Part shown: positions 55,057 through 64,000 of the stretch, one piece after another
Layout: each line of letters opens with the position of its first letter
Numbering within the stretch: position 1 is the first letter of the stretch
Origin: Acidimicrobiia bacterium
GTDB taxonomy: Bacteria > Acidobacteriota > Vicinamibacteria > Vicinamibacterales > CAVVIG01
Length of the DNA stretch: 64,000 nucleotides
Reading direction: 5' to 3'
Assembly (NCBI GenBank): GCA_016871175.1
Contig: VFZL01000013.1
Coordinates: 646 to 64,645 of the forward strand
The notes under the pieces: model-generated
What the model was told of the DNA's origin: nothing
Databases searched by the model: none
Seen by the model: the letters and a program-made list of their open reading frames with translations, nothing else
Translations under genes and position numbers: made by a program

Positions 55057-56436
55057 ATGCCCAAGGCCCCCCGAACCATCTTCGTGTGTCAGGAGTGCGG
55101 CGCGCAGTCGCAGAAATGGCTCGGCCGATGCGCAGACTGCGGTGCGTGGAACTCGATGGTGGAAGAACGGCCCGCCGAGGGACCAGCGACCGTCGCGCAT
55201 CGGTTTGCGACCGGCGGCACGGCAAGCACCGCACAACTCTACGCCGACGTTGAACTGCGGTCGCACGAGCGGGTGTCGACCGGCATCGACGAGTTCGACC
55301 GTGTGCTCGGCGGTGGCGTCGTGCCTGGCTCCTTGGTGCTCTTGGGCGGTGAGCCGGGTATCGGGAAGTCGACGCTGCTGCTCCAGGCGGCCGCGAGCAT
55401 GGCCCGTGCGGTCGGACCCGTGCTCTACAGCTCCGGCGAAGAGTCGGAGCACCAAATCAAATCCCGTGGGGAGCGGCTCGGCGTTGGCGACGCGCCATTG
55501 TATCTGCTCGCGGAAACCTGCCTCGAGCGCATCCTCGAAGAGATTGTGCGAATCAGGCCCGCGCTCGTGATCGTCGACTCCATTCAGACAGTGTTCTCCC
55601 TGAGGTTTCAATCGGCGCCTGGCAGCATCGGACAGGTACGCGAGGCGGCCACTCAGCTGCTGTTTGCGGCGAAGGGGCAGAACGTGCCGGTCTTTCTGGT
55701 CGGCCATGTGACGAAAGAAGGAAGCCTCGCCGGGCCGAAAGCGTTGGAGCACGTCGTCGACACCGTTCTCTACTTCGAGGGGGAACGGCATCACTCGCAT
55801 CGGGTCGTGCGGGCGGTCAAGAATCGGTTCGGCGCAGTCAGCGAGCTGGGCGTGTTCGAGATGACAGCGAACGGGCTGCGCGCGGTGCCGAACCCATCCA
55901 AGTTGTTTCTCGCCGAACGCCCCCTCAATGCCCCAGGCTCCGCCGTGCTCTGCGCCGTCGAAGGCTCCAGGCCGATTCTCGTCGAGGTGCAGGCGCTGGT
56001 GAGTACCAGCACGTACGGCACGGCTCGTCGCATGGCCCACGGCATCGATGCGCAGCGCTTGTCGCTCCTGCTCGCCGTGCTCGAGAAGCGTGCGGGACTG
56101 CACCTTGGCGGCGACGACGTGTTCGTGAACGTGGCTGGCGGGATGGCGATCGACGAGCCCGCGTCGGACCTCGGCATCGTTGCCGCGATCGCATCAAGTT
56201 TGCGTAATCGGCCTCTGCCGCCGACGGTCGCGATGTTTGGCGAGGTGGGGCTCGCCGGCGAAGTTCGCGGCATCACGCAGGCGAGTCTCCGTATTCGCGA
56301 GGCCGCTCAGATGGGCTTCAGCCGCTGTGTCATGCCCGAGGCCAACATTGACTCGAGCGACCGTTCGATTGGCCGCAGCTGCGATCTCGTCGGGGTCCGG
56401 TCTGTCGGCGAGGCGTTGGACCACTTGCTCGGGTGA
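55057..56436 (+). CDS. radA: DNA repair protein RadA
   Basis: 459 aa. Zinc finger CQECGAQSQKWLGRCADCGAWN, Walker A GGEPGIGKST, KNRFG and a Lon-like C-terminal domain. Confidence 0.95.
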   Translation: MPKAPRTIFVCQECGAQSQKWLGRCADCGAWNSMVEERPAEGPATVAHRFATGGTASTAQLYADVELRSHERVSTGIDEFDRVLGGGVVPGSLVLLGGEPGIGKSTLLLQAAASMARAVGPVLYSSGEESEHQIKSRGERLGVGDAPLYLLAETCLERILEEIVRIRPALVIVDSIQTVFSLRFQSAPGSIGQVREAATQLLFAAKGQNVPVFLVGHVTKEGSLAGPKALEHVVDTVLYFEGERHHSHRVVRAVKNRFGAVSELGVFEMTANGLRAVPNPSKLFLAERPLNAPGSAVLCAVEGSRPILVEVQALVSTSTYGTARRMAHGIDAQRLSLLLAVLEKRAGLHLGGDDVFVNVAGGMAIDEPASDLGIVAAIASSLRNRPLPPTVAMFGEVGLAGEVRGITQASLRIREAAQMGFSRCVMPEANIDSSDRSIGRSCDLVGVRSVGEALDHLLG

Positions 56437-56494
56437 GCCTCGGCACTGCCTGTGCCCCGACCGTGGTATGGTGTGAAAAATCCAGGGGGCCAGG

Positions 56495-57574
56495 ATGCCG
56501 TGGTTTGCGCTCGGGCGGGTCTGTGTCGTAGCAGGGGTCGTCTATTCGTCGGCCGTCTTTCAACCGTTCCCGGGCGACATCTTCGTCAATGTGGCGTTCG
56601 CGCTGGTCCTCGCAGCCATGGTCGTCGCGGTGGAAGGCCAGCTGCGTGCCACTGCGCCGACACGCATTCTCGGTGCGCTCCTCGGCGCCATCGTCGGGCT
56701 GACGATCGCGCGAGCCATCGAGTCCGGTCTGTTCTTCGCCGACACCGGCGATCGCCGTGTCGAGTTCCTGCACAGTTTCCTCCTGATTGTTCTGCCGTAT
56801 CTCGGTCTGATGTTCGGCGGGCGGCACGGCGAATGGCTGGAGCCGCTCCGATTCATGTCACTCTTTCGCGCAGCGGGGACGGAGCGGCGGTACAAAGTGC
56901 TCGATACCAGCGTCATCATCGACGGTCGTATCGCGGATGTCTGCGAGGCGGGCTTCCTCGATGGCACGCTGGTCATCCCGCAGTTCGTCCTGAAGGAGCT
57001 GCAGATGGTGGCCGACTCCGGCGACTCCCTCAAACGCAACCGGGGTCGCCGGGGGCTGGACATTCTCCAGCGGATCCAGAAGATGTCGGGCATCGAGGTC
57101 ATGATCTCGGACGTCGACTTCTCGGAGATCCGGGAAGTCGATCTCAAGCTCATCGAGCTCACCCGGTCACTCGGCGGCAAGATCGTCACCAACGACTTCA
57201 ACTTGAACAAAGTCGCGCAGCTCCGAGGCGTTGAGGTGCTGAACGTCAACGAGCTGGCGAACGCACTGAAACCCGTGGTCCTGCCTAGCGAGATCATGAG
57301 AGTGTTCATCCTCAAGGAAGGCAAAGAGTACAACCAGGGCGTGGCCTACCTTGACGATGGCACGATGGTGGTCGTGGACAATGCCCGAAAGATGATCAGC
57401 AAGACAATCGACATTGTCGTCACGAGCGTGCTGCAGACGGCGGCGGGCAAGATGATCTTCGGCCGCTACATCGAAGCCGAGTCCGGGACACAACCCGTGG
57501 CCGCGGTTGGTCCGCAGCCGGTGGCCGAGCATGAAGACGCCGGGCGTCGCGTACGTGCGACGCCTCAGGCGTGA
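56495..57574 (+). CDS. PIN/TRAM domain-containing membrane protein (YacL-like)
   Basis: 359 aa. N-terminal TM segments, a PIN domain (YKVLDTSVIIDGRI..) and a C-terminal TRAM-like domain. Confidence 0.75.
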   Translation: MPWFALGRVCVVAGVVYSSAVFQPFPGDIFVNVAFALVLAAMVVAVEGQLRATAPTRILGALLGAIVGLTIARAIESGLFFADTGDRRVEFLHSFLLIVLPYLGLMFGGRHGEWLEPLRFMSLFRAAGTERRYKVLDTSVIIDGRIADVCEAGFLDGTLVIPQFVLKELQMVADSGDSLKRNRGRRGLDILQRIQKMSGIEVMISDVDFSEIREVDLKLIELTRSLGGKIVTNDFNLNKVAQLRGVEVLNVNELANALKPVVLPSEIMRVFILKEGKEYNQGVAYLDDGTMVVVDNARKMISKTIDIVVTSVLQTAAGKMIFGRYIEAESGTQPVAAVGPQPVAEHEDAGRRVRATPQA

Positions 57575-57592
57575 TGTGCGGACGTCCGCCTC

Positions 57593-58357
57593 GTGACCGT
57601 ACCTCCCTACCACTGGTGGCGAACGGTCTTCTATCTCATTCCCGCGATCAGCCTCTACACGCTCGTGCTCGGCGCCTCGTCGATCGTGTCGAGTGTGGTC
57701 GATCGCCGTGGAAGGTTCGCCCACGCCTGCGCACGAGCCTGGTCCTGGCTGATTCTCAAGACCACCCGGGTCCGGGTGACCGTCGAGGGACTCGATCGCG
57801 TGGTGCCCGGCACCACGTACGTGTTCGTCGGCAACCATCAGAGCCACTACGACACGCCGGTCGTGTTTTCGTCGTTGCCGTTTCAGCTCCGGATCATTGC
57901 GAAGGAGTCGTTGGCTCGGTTCCCGATACTGGGCTGGCACTTGAAGCGCGGGGGACATCTGTTCGTGGACCGCACGCACCCCGATCGAGTCGGCATCCTG
58001 AATCGGTGGCGCGCGCTCGTATCCAGCGGGCTCTCTCTCGTCATCTATGCCGAAGGCACCCGTAGCCCAGACGGGCGCGTAGCCAGGTTCAAGGCGGGCA
58101 GCTTCCTGCTTGCGATTCAAGCCGGCCTGCCTGTGGTACCGATGGCGATCGTCGGGACCCGGAACATCATGCCCAAGGGGCGCCTGCGAACGGAACCGGG
58201 ACACGCGGTCTTGGTCATTCACGATCCCATCGAGCCCCCGGCGATCGCGGCGCCGACCGTCCGCGACGCGAAGGCCTTTGCCGATCGGGTTCACGCGATT
58301 GTCGAAGCCACTGTCGTGGCGCGCCGCGAGGCGCTCGGCCTTGACCGACCCACCTGA
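57593..58357 (+). CDS. plsC: 1-acyl-sn-glycerol-3-phosphate acyltransferase
   Basis: 254 aa. HX4D motif NHQSHYD and the YAEGTRSPDG block. Confidence 0.8.
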   Translation: MTVPPYHWWRTVFYLIPAISLYTLVLGASSIVSSVVDRRGRFAHACARAWSWLILKTTRVRVTVEGLDRVVPGTTYVFVGNHQSHYDTPVVFSSLPFQLRIIAKESLARFPILGWHLKRGGHLFVDRTHPDRVGILNRWRALVSSGLSLVIYAEGTRSPDGRVARFKAGSFLLAIQAGLPVVPMAIVGTRNIMPKGRLRTEPGHAVLVIHDPIEPPAIAAPTVRDAKAFADRVHAIVEATVVARREALGLDRPT

Positions 58358-58434
58358 TCGGATCACCCCGTGCCAGCCTGGGCGTTCCCGCGCGAGATCG
58401 AAGCGCCTTCCCGTGATGCGTTATAGTTCTCGAA

Positions 58435-59520
58435 GTGCCGCTCGATCACTACGTGACGCTTGGCCGGTCAGGCCTGCGCGTCAGTCCGTTCTGTCTCGGA
58501 GCCATGACGTTCGGAGAGGAGTGGGGCTGGGGCTCCAGCGCCGCCGAGTCCGAAGCGATGCTCTCGCATTACCTCGAACGCGGCGGCAACTTCATCGACA
58601 CGTCCAACGGGTACACGAAGGGGCATTCGGAGACCATCATCGGTGACTGCCTCTGTCGCGACCGTGCGCGCCGCGATCGCGTCGTGATTGCCACGAAGTT
58701 CTTCTCGAACATGTATCCGGGCGACCCGAACGCCGGTGGAGCGAGTCGCAAGACGATCGTGGCGTCGTGCGAGCAGTCACTTCGCCGTCTTCAAACCGAC
58801 TACATCGATCTCTACTGGATGCACGTGTGGGACAAGTTCACGCCGATCGACGAGACGATGCGAGCCCTCGACGATCTTGTGCGTGCGGGCAAGGTCCGGT
58901 ACATCGGATTCTCGGATACCCCTGCCTGGAAGACGGCGCAGGCGCACGTACAAGCCCCATGGCGCGGGTGGACGCCACTAGTGGCTCTGCAGATCGAGTA
59001 CTCGCTCATCGAGCGAACCGTCGAAGGCGAACTGGTGCCGATGGCGATCGAACTCGGGCTGGGCATCACACCCTGGTCGCCGCTGCGCGGGGGGGTGTTG
59101 ACGGGCAAGTACACCCGGCACAATGCCTCGAGCGCCAATCCTGAACGAGGTGACCGCGTGCTCGCCTACCTGAACGAGCGGTCGTTCACGATCATCGACG
59201 AGCTCGTCCGTATCGGCCATCGTCATCGAGCGCGGCCAGCCTCGGTCGCGCTGGCCTGGTTGGCGAGCAGGCCGGGCGTGACATCGATCATCATCGGGGC
59301 CCGCCGAGTCGATCAGATCGAGGAGAACTTGGCAGCGTCCGGGCTCTCTTTGACGGCGGATGATATCGCGGCGCTCGACGCCGTGTCAGCGCCGACCTTG
59401 AGTTTTCCGGCATCCATTCTGCGCAACGCCAACATGATCATGCACAACGGCGCCACCGTGAACGGCGAGCCGTCGGTGGCCTGGCCGATGTCGCCGACAT
59501 CATCTGCCGACCGCTACTAG
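58435..59520 (+). CDS. Aldo/keto reductase
   Basis: 361 aa. Motifs GAMTFG, NFIDTSNGYTKGHSE, DLYWMHVWD, RYIGFSD and IIIGAR. Confidence 0.85.
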   Translation: MPLDHYVTLGRSGLRVSPFCLGAMTFGEEWGWGSSAAESEAMLSHYLERGGNFIDTSNGYTKGHSETIIGDCLCRDRARRDRVVIATKFFSNMYPGDPNAGGASRKTIVASCEQSLRRLQTDYIDLYWMHVWDKFTPIDETMRALDDLVRAGKVRYIGFSDTPAWKTAQAHVQAPWRGWTPLVALQIEYSLIERTVEGELVPMAIELGLGITPWSPLRGGVLTGKYTRHNASSANPERGDRVLAYLNERSFTIIDELVRIGHRHRARPASVALAWLASRPGVTSIIIGARRVDQIEENLAASGLSLTADDIAALDAVSAPTLSFPASILRNANMIMHNGATVNGEPSVAWPMSPTSSADRY

Positions 59521-59526
59521 TCAATC

Positions 59527-60756
59527 GTGGGTTTGTCATTCAACGATCGCGTGATTACGACCGTCGCCATCGTGGCGGCTGGAGGTCGGGGGCGAAGGCT
59601 GGATGCGACGCGGCCGAAACAGCTGCACGAGATCGGCGGCCGTCCGCTCCTCGAGCGAAGCCTTGCAGCGCTCCTGACACATCCGGCGATTGACGGCGTC
59701 GTGGTGGCGCTCCCGCCGGATATCGCGGCAGACCCGCCGTCGTACTTGCGTGTCGCGGCCAAGCCGCTGCGCCTGGTGCCCGGTGGCCCGCGGCGCCAGG
59801 ATTCCGTCGCCAATGCCTTTGCCGCAGTTGACGAAGCGGCGGACGTCGTCTTGATCCACGATGCGGCGCGCCCGTTTGCGAGTGAAAATCTGATCACGCG
59901 CTGCATTCTCGCGGCAGCCGAGTCCGGTGCCGCTGTCGCCGCCGTCGCCTCGCGCGATACGGTCAAGGTGTCATCGGCGGATCAGTTCGTGCGCGAAACG
60001 TTGCCCCGCGAGCGGATCTATCTCGCCCAGACGCCTCAGGCCTTTCAGCGGCGTGTGCTTCGCGACGCCCTGGCGCTGGCCGAACAAGGACAGGATGTGA
60101 CCGACGAAGCGACATTGGCCGAACGCGCGGGGTTCGCCGTGCGGATCGTGGAGGGCGAGCACTCGAACATCAAGATCACAGTGCCCGAGGACGTCCCCGT
60201 GGCAGAGGCGCTCGCCGCGCACCAGCCGCGCGTCACCAAGCTCGACGATGCCGTTGGCGGTCGCGTGGGGATCGGCTACGACGTGCATCGGCTGGTCGAG
60301 GGACGCCCGCTGCTTCTGGCGGGCGTGCCGATTCCGTTCGACAAGGGCTTGCTCGGACACTCCGACGCCGATGTGGTGTGCCACGCCGTGACCGACGCGC
60401 TACTCGGAGCCGCGGCCCTCGGTGACATCGGCCGACATTTTCCCGACACCGATCCCCAATATGCGGGCGCGTCGAGTGTCGATCTGCTGATGCGGGCGAC
60501 ATCGCTCGTGCGCCGCGCAGGATTCGCCATCATGAACGTCGATGTGGTCGTGATCGCGCAGCGGCCGAAGCTCGCGCCACATGTAGACGCCATGCGCGAG
60601 CAGCTGGCGTCGGCGCTGGGGATCGAGCCCGCTCGGGTGAGCATCAAAGGCAAGACCAACGAAGGATTGGACGCCATCGGTCGCGGCGAAGCCATCGCGG
60701 CCCACGCCGTCGCGCTGGTTCAGCGAATGCGCGAACCCTCGAGCCGTGGAACCTGA
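59527..60756 (+). CDS. ispDF: Bifunctional IspD/IspF (MEP cytidylyltransferase / MEcPP synthase)
   Basis: 409 aa. IspD half has ([20 protein letters not shown]). IspF half has ([28 protein letters not shown]). Confidence 0.9.
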   Translation: MGLSFNDRVITTVAIVAAGGRGRRLDATRPKQLHEIGGRPLLERSLAALLTHPAIDGVVVALPPDIAADPPSYLRVAAKPLRLVPGGPRRQDSVANAFAAVDEAADVVLIHDAARPFASENLITRCILAAAESGAAVAAVASRDTVKVSSADQFVRETLPRERIYLAQTPQAFQRRVLRDALALAEQGQDVTDEATLAERAGFAVRIVEGEHSNIKITVPEDVPVAEALAAHQPRVTKLDDAVGGRVGIGYDVHRLVEGRPLLLAGVPIPFDKGLLGHSDADVVCHAVTDALLGAAALGDIGRHFPDTDPQYAGASSVDLLMRATSLVRRAGFAIMNVDVVVIAQRPKLAPHVDAMREQLASALGIEPARVSIKGKTNEGLDAIGRGEAIAAHAVALVQRMREPSSRGT

Positions 60757-60767
60757 GAACCCTGGTC

Positions 60768-62336
60768 ATGTTGCGCCTGCGATTCGCGCCCAGTCCGACT
60801 GGATACTTGCATGTCGGTAACGCCCGGACGGCGCTGTTCAACTGGCTGATGGCCAGAGGCAGCGGAGGCACCTTCATCGTGCGCGTCGAAGACACCGATG
60901 CCGAGCGCTCGACCGCAGAGTCGGAGCAGTCCATCCTCGATGATCTGCGGTGGCTCGGACTGACCTGGGATGAGGGACCCGATGCCGGCGGCCCCCATGT
61001 GCCCTATCGTCAATCGGAGAGGCTCGATCTGTACCGAGCGCATGCGACCCGGCTGCTCGCCGAGGGGCGAGCGTATCGGTGCTTCTGCTCGCCGGAGCAG
61101 CTCGAGCTTGACCGACAGTCTGCGCTGACGGCCGGCCAGCCCGTTCGGTACGTGGGCCGTTGTCGACAGATTGGACCGGCGGACGCGGAGCATCGCGTCG
61201 CGTCGGGCGAGCGGGCTGCGATTCGATTCCGAGTCCCAGAGAGCCGCGATGTCCTGTTCGAGGACGCCGTGCGAGGCACCGTGCGGTTCAGCACCGATGT
61301 CATCGGCGACTTGGTCATCCAGCGGTCGGACGGCACGCCCGCCTACAACTTCGCGGTGGTGATCGACGATGCGAAGATGGCGGTGACGCACGTGATTCGG
61401 GGTGAGGATCACATTTCGAACACCCCTCGGCAGTTGCTCCTCTACGAGGCGTTCGGCTATACGCCACCGCGGTTCGCGCACCTCTCGATGGTGCTCGGTC
61501 CCGACCACACCAAGCTCTCCAAGCGGCACGGTGCGACCTCGGTGGCGGAGTTCCGCGCGAAGGGCTATCTCCCCGAGGCGCTTGCGAACTATCTCGCTCT
61601 GGTCGGCTGGTCGCCTAGCGGAGGCGGGAGGCACGGGGGAGGAGCGACCAGAGAGCAGACGGCCCAGGACCACGACACGGAGCTGATGTCACTCGCCGAG
61701 ATGGCGAAGCGCTTCTCGATTCGCGACGTCAGCCTGAGCGCCGGCGTGTTCGACGAGGAGAAGCTGGCGTGGGTGAATCGTCACTATCTGCGGGAAGCCG
61801 ATCCCGCGCGGATCGCGGACCTAGCGGTTGACGTCTGGAACCGCACCGGCGTGCCCATGAATCCCGACGCCGATGGTCGCTCGTACCTGGCGTCCGTCAT
61901 GCCGATTGCAACCGGGTCGGTCGATCGCCTCGACCAGTTCCCGACGCGTCTCGCTTTTCTCTTCGAGTTCGATCCGGAGCAGGCTCTCGAGGACCCGCAG
62001 GTGAGCGCCGAAATGTCGACGGCTGGCGCGATGGCAGTGGCGCGTGCGTTCGCCGCCGCGGCGGCCAACGGTCCCAGGCTGGACCGCGATCGGTTTCGCG
62101 CGCTGGTAAACGAGGTCAAGGGCGGGACGGGCCAAAAGGGAAAAGCGCTCTTTCATCCCATTCGGCTTCTGCTGACGGCGCGCGCCGACGGACCAGAGCT
62201 GGACCTCGCCGTACCGGCGCTCGATCGCGGTGCGGAGCTCCCGGCGAGCGCTGGGGTGCCGCCCATCCTCGGATGTCGTGAGCGGGCAGCGCTCTTTCTC
62301 CGCGTGCTCGATGCGCGCGCGTCGGGATCCGCGTAG
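60768..62336 (+). CDS. gltX: Glutamate--tRNA ligase
   Basis: 522 aa. HIGH-type motif (PSPTGYLHVGNART) and KLSKR. Has a Gly/His-rich insertion of about 25 aa near 61615-61690. Confidence 0.95.
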   Translation: MLRLRFAPSPTGYLHVGNARTALFNWLMARGSGGTFIVRVEDTDAERSTAESEQSILDDLRWLGLTWDEGPDAGGPHVPYRQSERLDLYRAHATRLLAEGRAYRCFCSPEQLELDRQSALTAGQPVRYVGRCRQIGPADAEHRVASGERAAIRFRVPESRDVLFEDAVRGTVRFSTDVIGDLVIQRSDGTPAYNFAVVIDDAKMAVTHVIRGEDHISNTPRQLLLYEAFGYTPPRFAHLSMVLGPDHTKLSKRHGATSVAEFRAKGYLPEALANYLALVGWSPSGGGRHGGGATREQTAQDHDTELMSLAEMAKRFSIRDVSLSAGVFDEEKLAWVNRHYLREADPARIADLAVDVWNRTGVPMNPDADGRSYLASVMPIATGSVDRLDQFPTRLAFLFEFDPEQALEDPQVSAEMSTAGAMAVARAFAAAAANGPRLDRDRFRALVNEVKGGTGQKGKALFHPIRLLLTARADGPELDLAVPALDRGAELPASAGVPPILGCRERAALFLRVLDARASGSA

Positions 62337-62365
62337 GCCGAGAGGCACGCCGCGAGCCCTCGCTC

Positions 62366-63112
62366 ATGTGGATCTATGGGATCAACGCGGTGAGGTCGGC
62401 GCTGCACGCCGGTCGCGTGCGCGAGATACTTCTGATCGATCGCGACTCCGGACGTCTCACCGAGTTGGCGACGCAGGCTCGATCGCTTGACGTTCCGATC
62501 CGAAGCGTCGCCGCGCACGCGCTGGAACGTCACGCGCGAGGAGGCGTCCATCAAGGGGTGGTGGCCCGTGTGGATGACGGACCGGCGCCTGTCACGCTGG
62601 GGGACCTGGTGCGCGGACAGCCAGGCAATCCCCCGCTCATTGTCGTGCTGGATGGCGTGGAAGACCCGCAGAACCTCGGGGCGATTCTTCGAACGGTTGA
62701 CGCGGCAGGGGCGTCGGGCCTGGTTCGTCAAACGCGCCGTTCCGCCCGGTTGGACGGCGCCGCGGCGAAGGCCGCCGCCGGGGCGGCCGCCCACGTCCCG
62801 GTCGTGGAGGTCGTCAACATCGCGCGCACCCTGGAAGTGCTGAAGGATGCCGGCGTTTGGACTGTCGGGCTGGCCGGCGATGCGCCGAAGCTCTACACAG
62901 ACCTGGACTTAACGGTGCCCACCGCCCTGGTGCTGGGTGCGGAGGGCACCGGGCTCCGCCGCCTCGTCCGTGAGCGCTGTGATTGGGTGGTGGCGATTCC
63001 GATGGCCGGGCACGTCGGGAGCCTCAACGTGTCTGTGGCGGCAGGGGTGGCCCTCTTCGAGGCCGTGCGCCAGCGCAGGCTCTTGCAAGCGGGCCCCTTC
63101 GGGCCTCGGTAA
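62366..63112 (+). CDS. rlmB: 23S rRNA (guanosine-2'-O-)-methyltransferase RlmB (SpoU/TrmH family)
   Basis: 248 aa. MWIYGINAVRSAL.., LDGVEDPQNLGAILR, LVLGAEGTGLR and SLNVSVAAG. Confidence 0.85.
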   Translation: MWIYGINAVRSALHAGRVREILLIDRDSGRLTELATQARSLDVPIRSVAAHALERHARGGVHQGVVARVDDGPAPVTLGDLVRGQPGNPPLIVVLDGVEDPQNLGAILRTVDAAGASGLVRQTRRSARLDGAAAKAAAGAAAHVPVVEVVNIARTLEVLKDAGVWTVGLAGDAPKLYTDLDLTVPTALVLGAEGTGLRRLVRERCDWVVAIPMAGHVGSLNVSVAAGVALFEAVRQRRLLQAGPFGPR

Positions 63113-63225
63113 CCGGTCATAAGCCGGCGCGCAATCCTCTGAACGGGAGTAAAATCCGAAGTTGGCGTGTGCACCCGTCGTGCGTCGTCCGCGCGGGCTC
63201 CGGTGATGTGGTGTCGTCAAAAACA

Positions 63226-63255
63226 TTGCACGCCTGGCACGCAACGTGCTAAAAT
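63226..63255 (+). promoter_or_regulatory. Promoter of the tRNA cluster
   Basis: TTGCAC (63226-63231), 18 nt, TAAAAT (63250-63255), 14 nt upstream of the first tRNA. Confidence 0.5.
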
Positions 63256-63269
63256 CCGACTTTTGTCTG

Positions 63270-63346
63270 GCTGGCGTAGCTCAGTCCGGTAGAGCAGCTG
63301 ATTTGTAATCAGCCGGTCGGGGGTTCAAATCCCTTCGCCAGCTCCA
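63270..63346 (+). tRNA. tRNA-Thr (anticodon TGT), CCA encoded
   Basis: GCTGGCG..GCTGA-TTTGTAA-TCAGC..GGGGG-TTCAAAT-CCCTT-CGCCAGC-T-CCA. Confidence 0.9.
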
Positions 63347-63409
63347 AAGACGAGCGTCCGTCCGGTCCGTAGGAACGCGTCGAAGTACTGATTCCACAAA
63401 CAGCTCATT

Positions 63410-63496
63410 GGCGAGGTAGCGAAGCGGTCAAACGCAGCAGACTGTAAATCTGTCGCCCTTGTGGCTTCGAAGGTTCGAGTCCTTCCCTCGCCACCA
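63410..63496 (+). tRNA. tRNA-Tyr (anticodon GTA), long variable arm, CCA encoded
   Basis: GGCGAGG..CAGA-CTGTAAA-TCTG.. variable arm ..GAAGG-TTCGAGT-CCTTC-CCTCGCC-A-CCA. Confidence 0.9.
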
Positions 63497-63682
63497 GCCT
63501 TTGCTCGCGTCGCGAGCTCGGGCTGGCTGAGGCGCGGGCTCCGTTGCCGGGTACTTCGGAGAAACTGCGATATGACGCGGCTTTGGGAGGCGCATCGCAA
63601 AGCCGTCAGCGAATCAGCGGGTGGAGCACGGAGCGGGCTTTGCCCCCAAACTTGCCCGCGAGTGTGAGCGGCCGGGCCGCAG

Positions 63683-63757
63683 GCGGGAGTAACTCAGTGG
63701 TAGAGTCACAGCCTTCCAAGCTGTTGGTCGCGGGTTCGATCCCCGTCTCCCGCTCCA
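63683..63757 (+). tRNA. tRNA-Gly (anticodon TCC), CCA encoded
   Basis: GCGGGAG..CAGC-CTTCCAA-GCTG..CGGG-TTCGATC-CCCG-TCTCCCGC-T-CCA. Confidence 0.9.
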
Positions 63758-63866
63758 GCCTCCGCTCATTGCGCGAGCGACGGTTGGTAGGCCGTGAGAG
63801 GTTCTTGAACGGTCAGTGAGGCAATGTTGGCGGCCGACGTGTCGGCCGAGCGCCCGAGGCGCGAAG

Positions 63867-63942
<76 letters not shown>

Positions 63943-64000
63943 CCTTCGCTCGCCGGGCCCGTGAGCGAGCCAAGGTGGGCGAGCGAGCCGTTCGACGAAA

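Noticed and set aside
63544-63819. 91-aa ORF spanning the Tyr-Gly tRNA spacer and the tRNA-Gly gene.
   Set aside because: It reads straight through a tRNA gene, and the residues ..VVESQPSKLLVAGSIPVS.. are tRNA sequence translated. It is an artefact.

Overview
High-GC (by eye about two-thirds G+C) chromosomal segment from a diderm bacterium, judged from LPS-core genes, a LolB-like lipoprotein and complex I. Gene content is reminiscent of Acidobacteriota or Gemmatimonadota, but I cannot place it from sequence alone.

Layout, left to right:
- The right-hand end of an integrated element: the 3' end of a large serine recombinase gene runs into tRNA-Asn.
- A pcs plus CHT1-like choline-transporter operon.
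- A damaged S8 peptidase, a DinB-like gene and ilvD.
- A small degraded accessory patch: a frameshifted TPR/beta-propeller gene, an orphan OmpR-type regulator, a czcC stub and a DUF4920 gene.
- S46 peptidase, yajQ, fdhD and an ABC-F ATPase.
- A broken lhr-nei operon.
- A secreted haem-c/Cu-monooxygenase-like gene pair separated by a 5 x 15-bp CATCATC array.
- A 12-gene nuo operon (A-F, H, J-N; no G, no I) with two unknown genes coupled to its 3' end.
- A cspA-like gene with an intrinsic terminator in its leader, then purH and LPS-core genes.
- A conserved housekeeping block: lolB-like, ispE, tRNA-Gln, prs, rplY, pth, rpsF, rpsR, rplI, dnaB, alr, radA, PIN/TRAM, plsC, AKR, ispDF, gltX, rlmB.
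- A thrU-tyrU-glyT-thrT-type tRNA cluster at the right edge.

I found no CRISPR array, IS element, rRNA or recognisable defence system. I cannot point to one clear-cut novel system.

The best leads are:
1. The pcs/CHT1-like choline operon.
2. The His-codon/CATCATC 15-bp array ending in ATGA on a secreted gene next to a putative haem/copper enzyme.
3. The promoter, terminator and csp leader arrangement.
4. The nuo operon lacking nuoG and nuoI but carrying two extra coupled genes.
5. An unusual density of inactivating lesions: three frameshifts, one nonsense codon, one truncation and two catalytic-residue substitutions.

Most long ORFs in the six-frame track that lie antisense or out of frame to these genes are high-GC artefacts.
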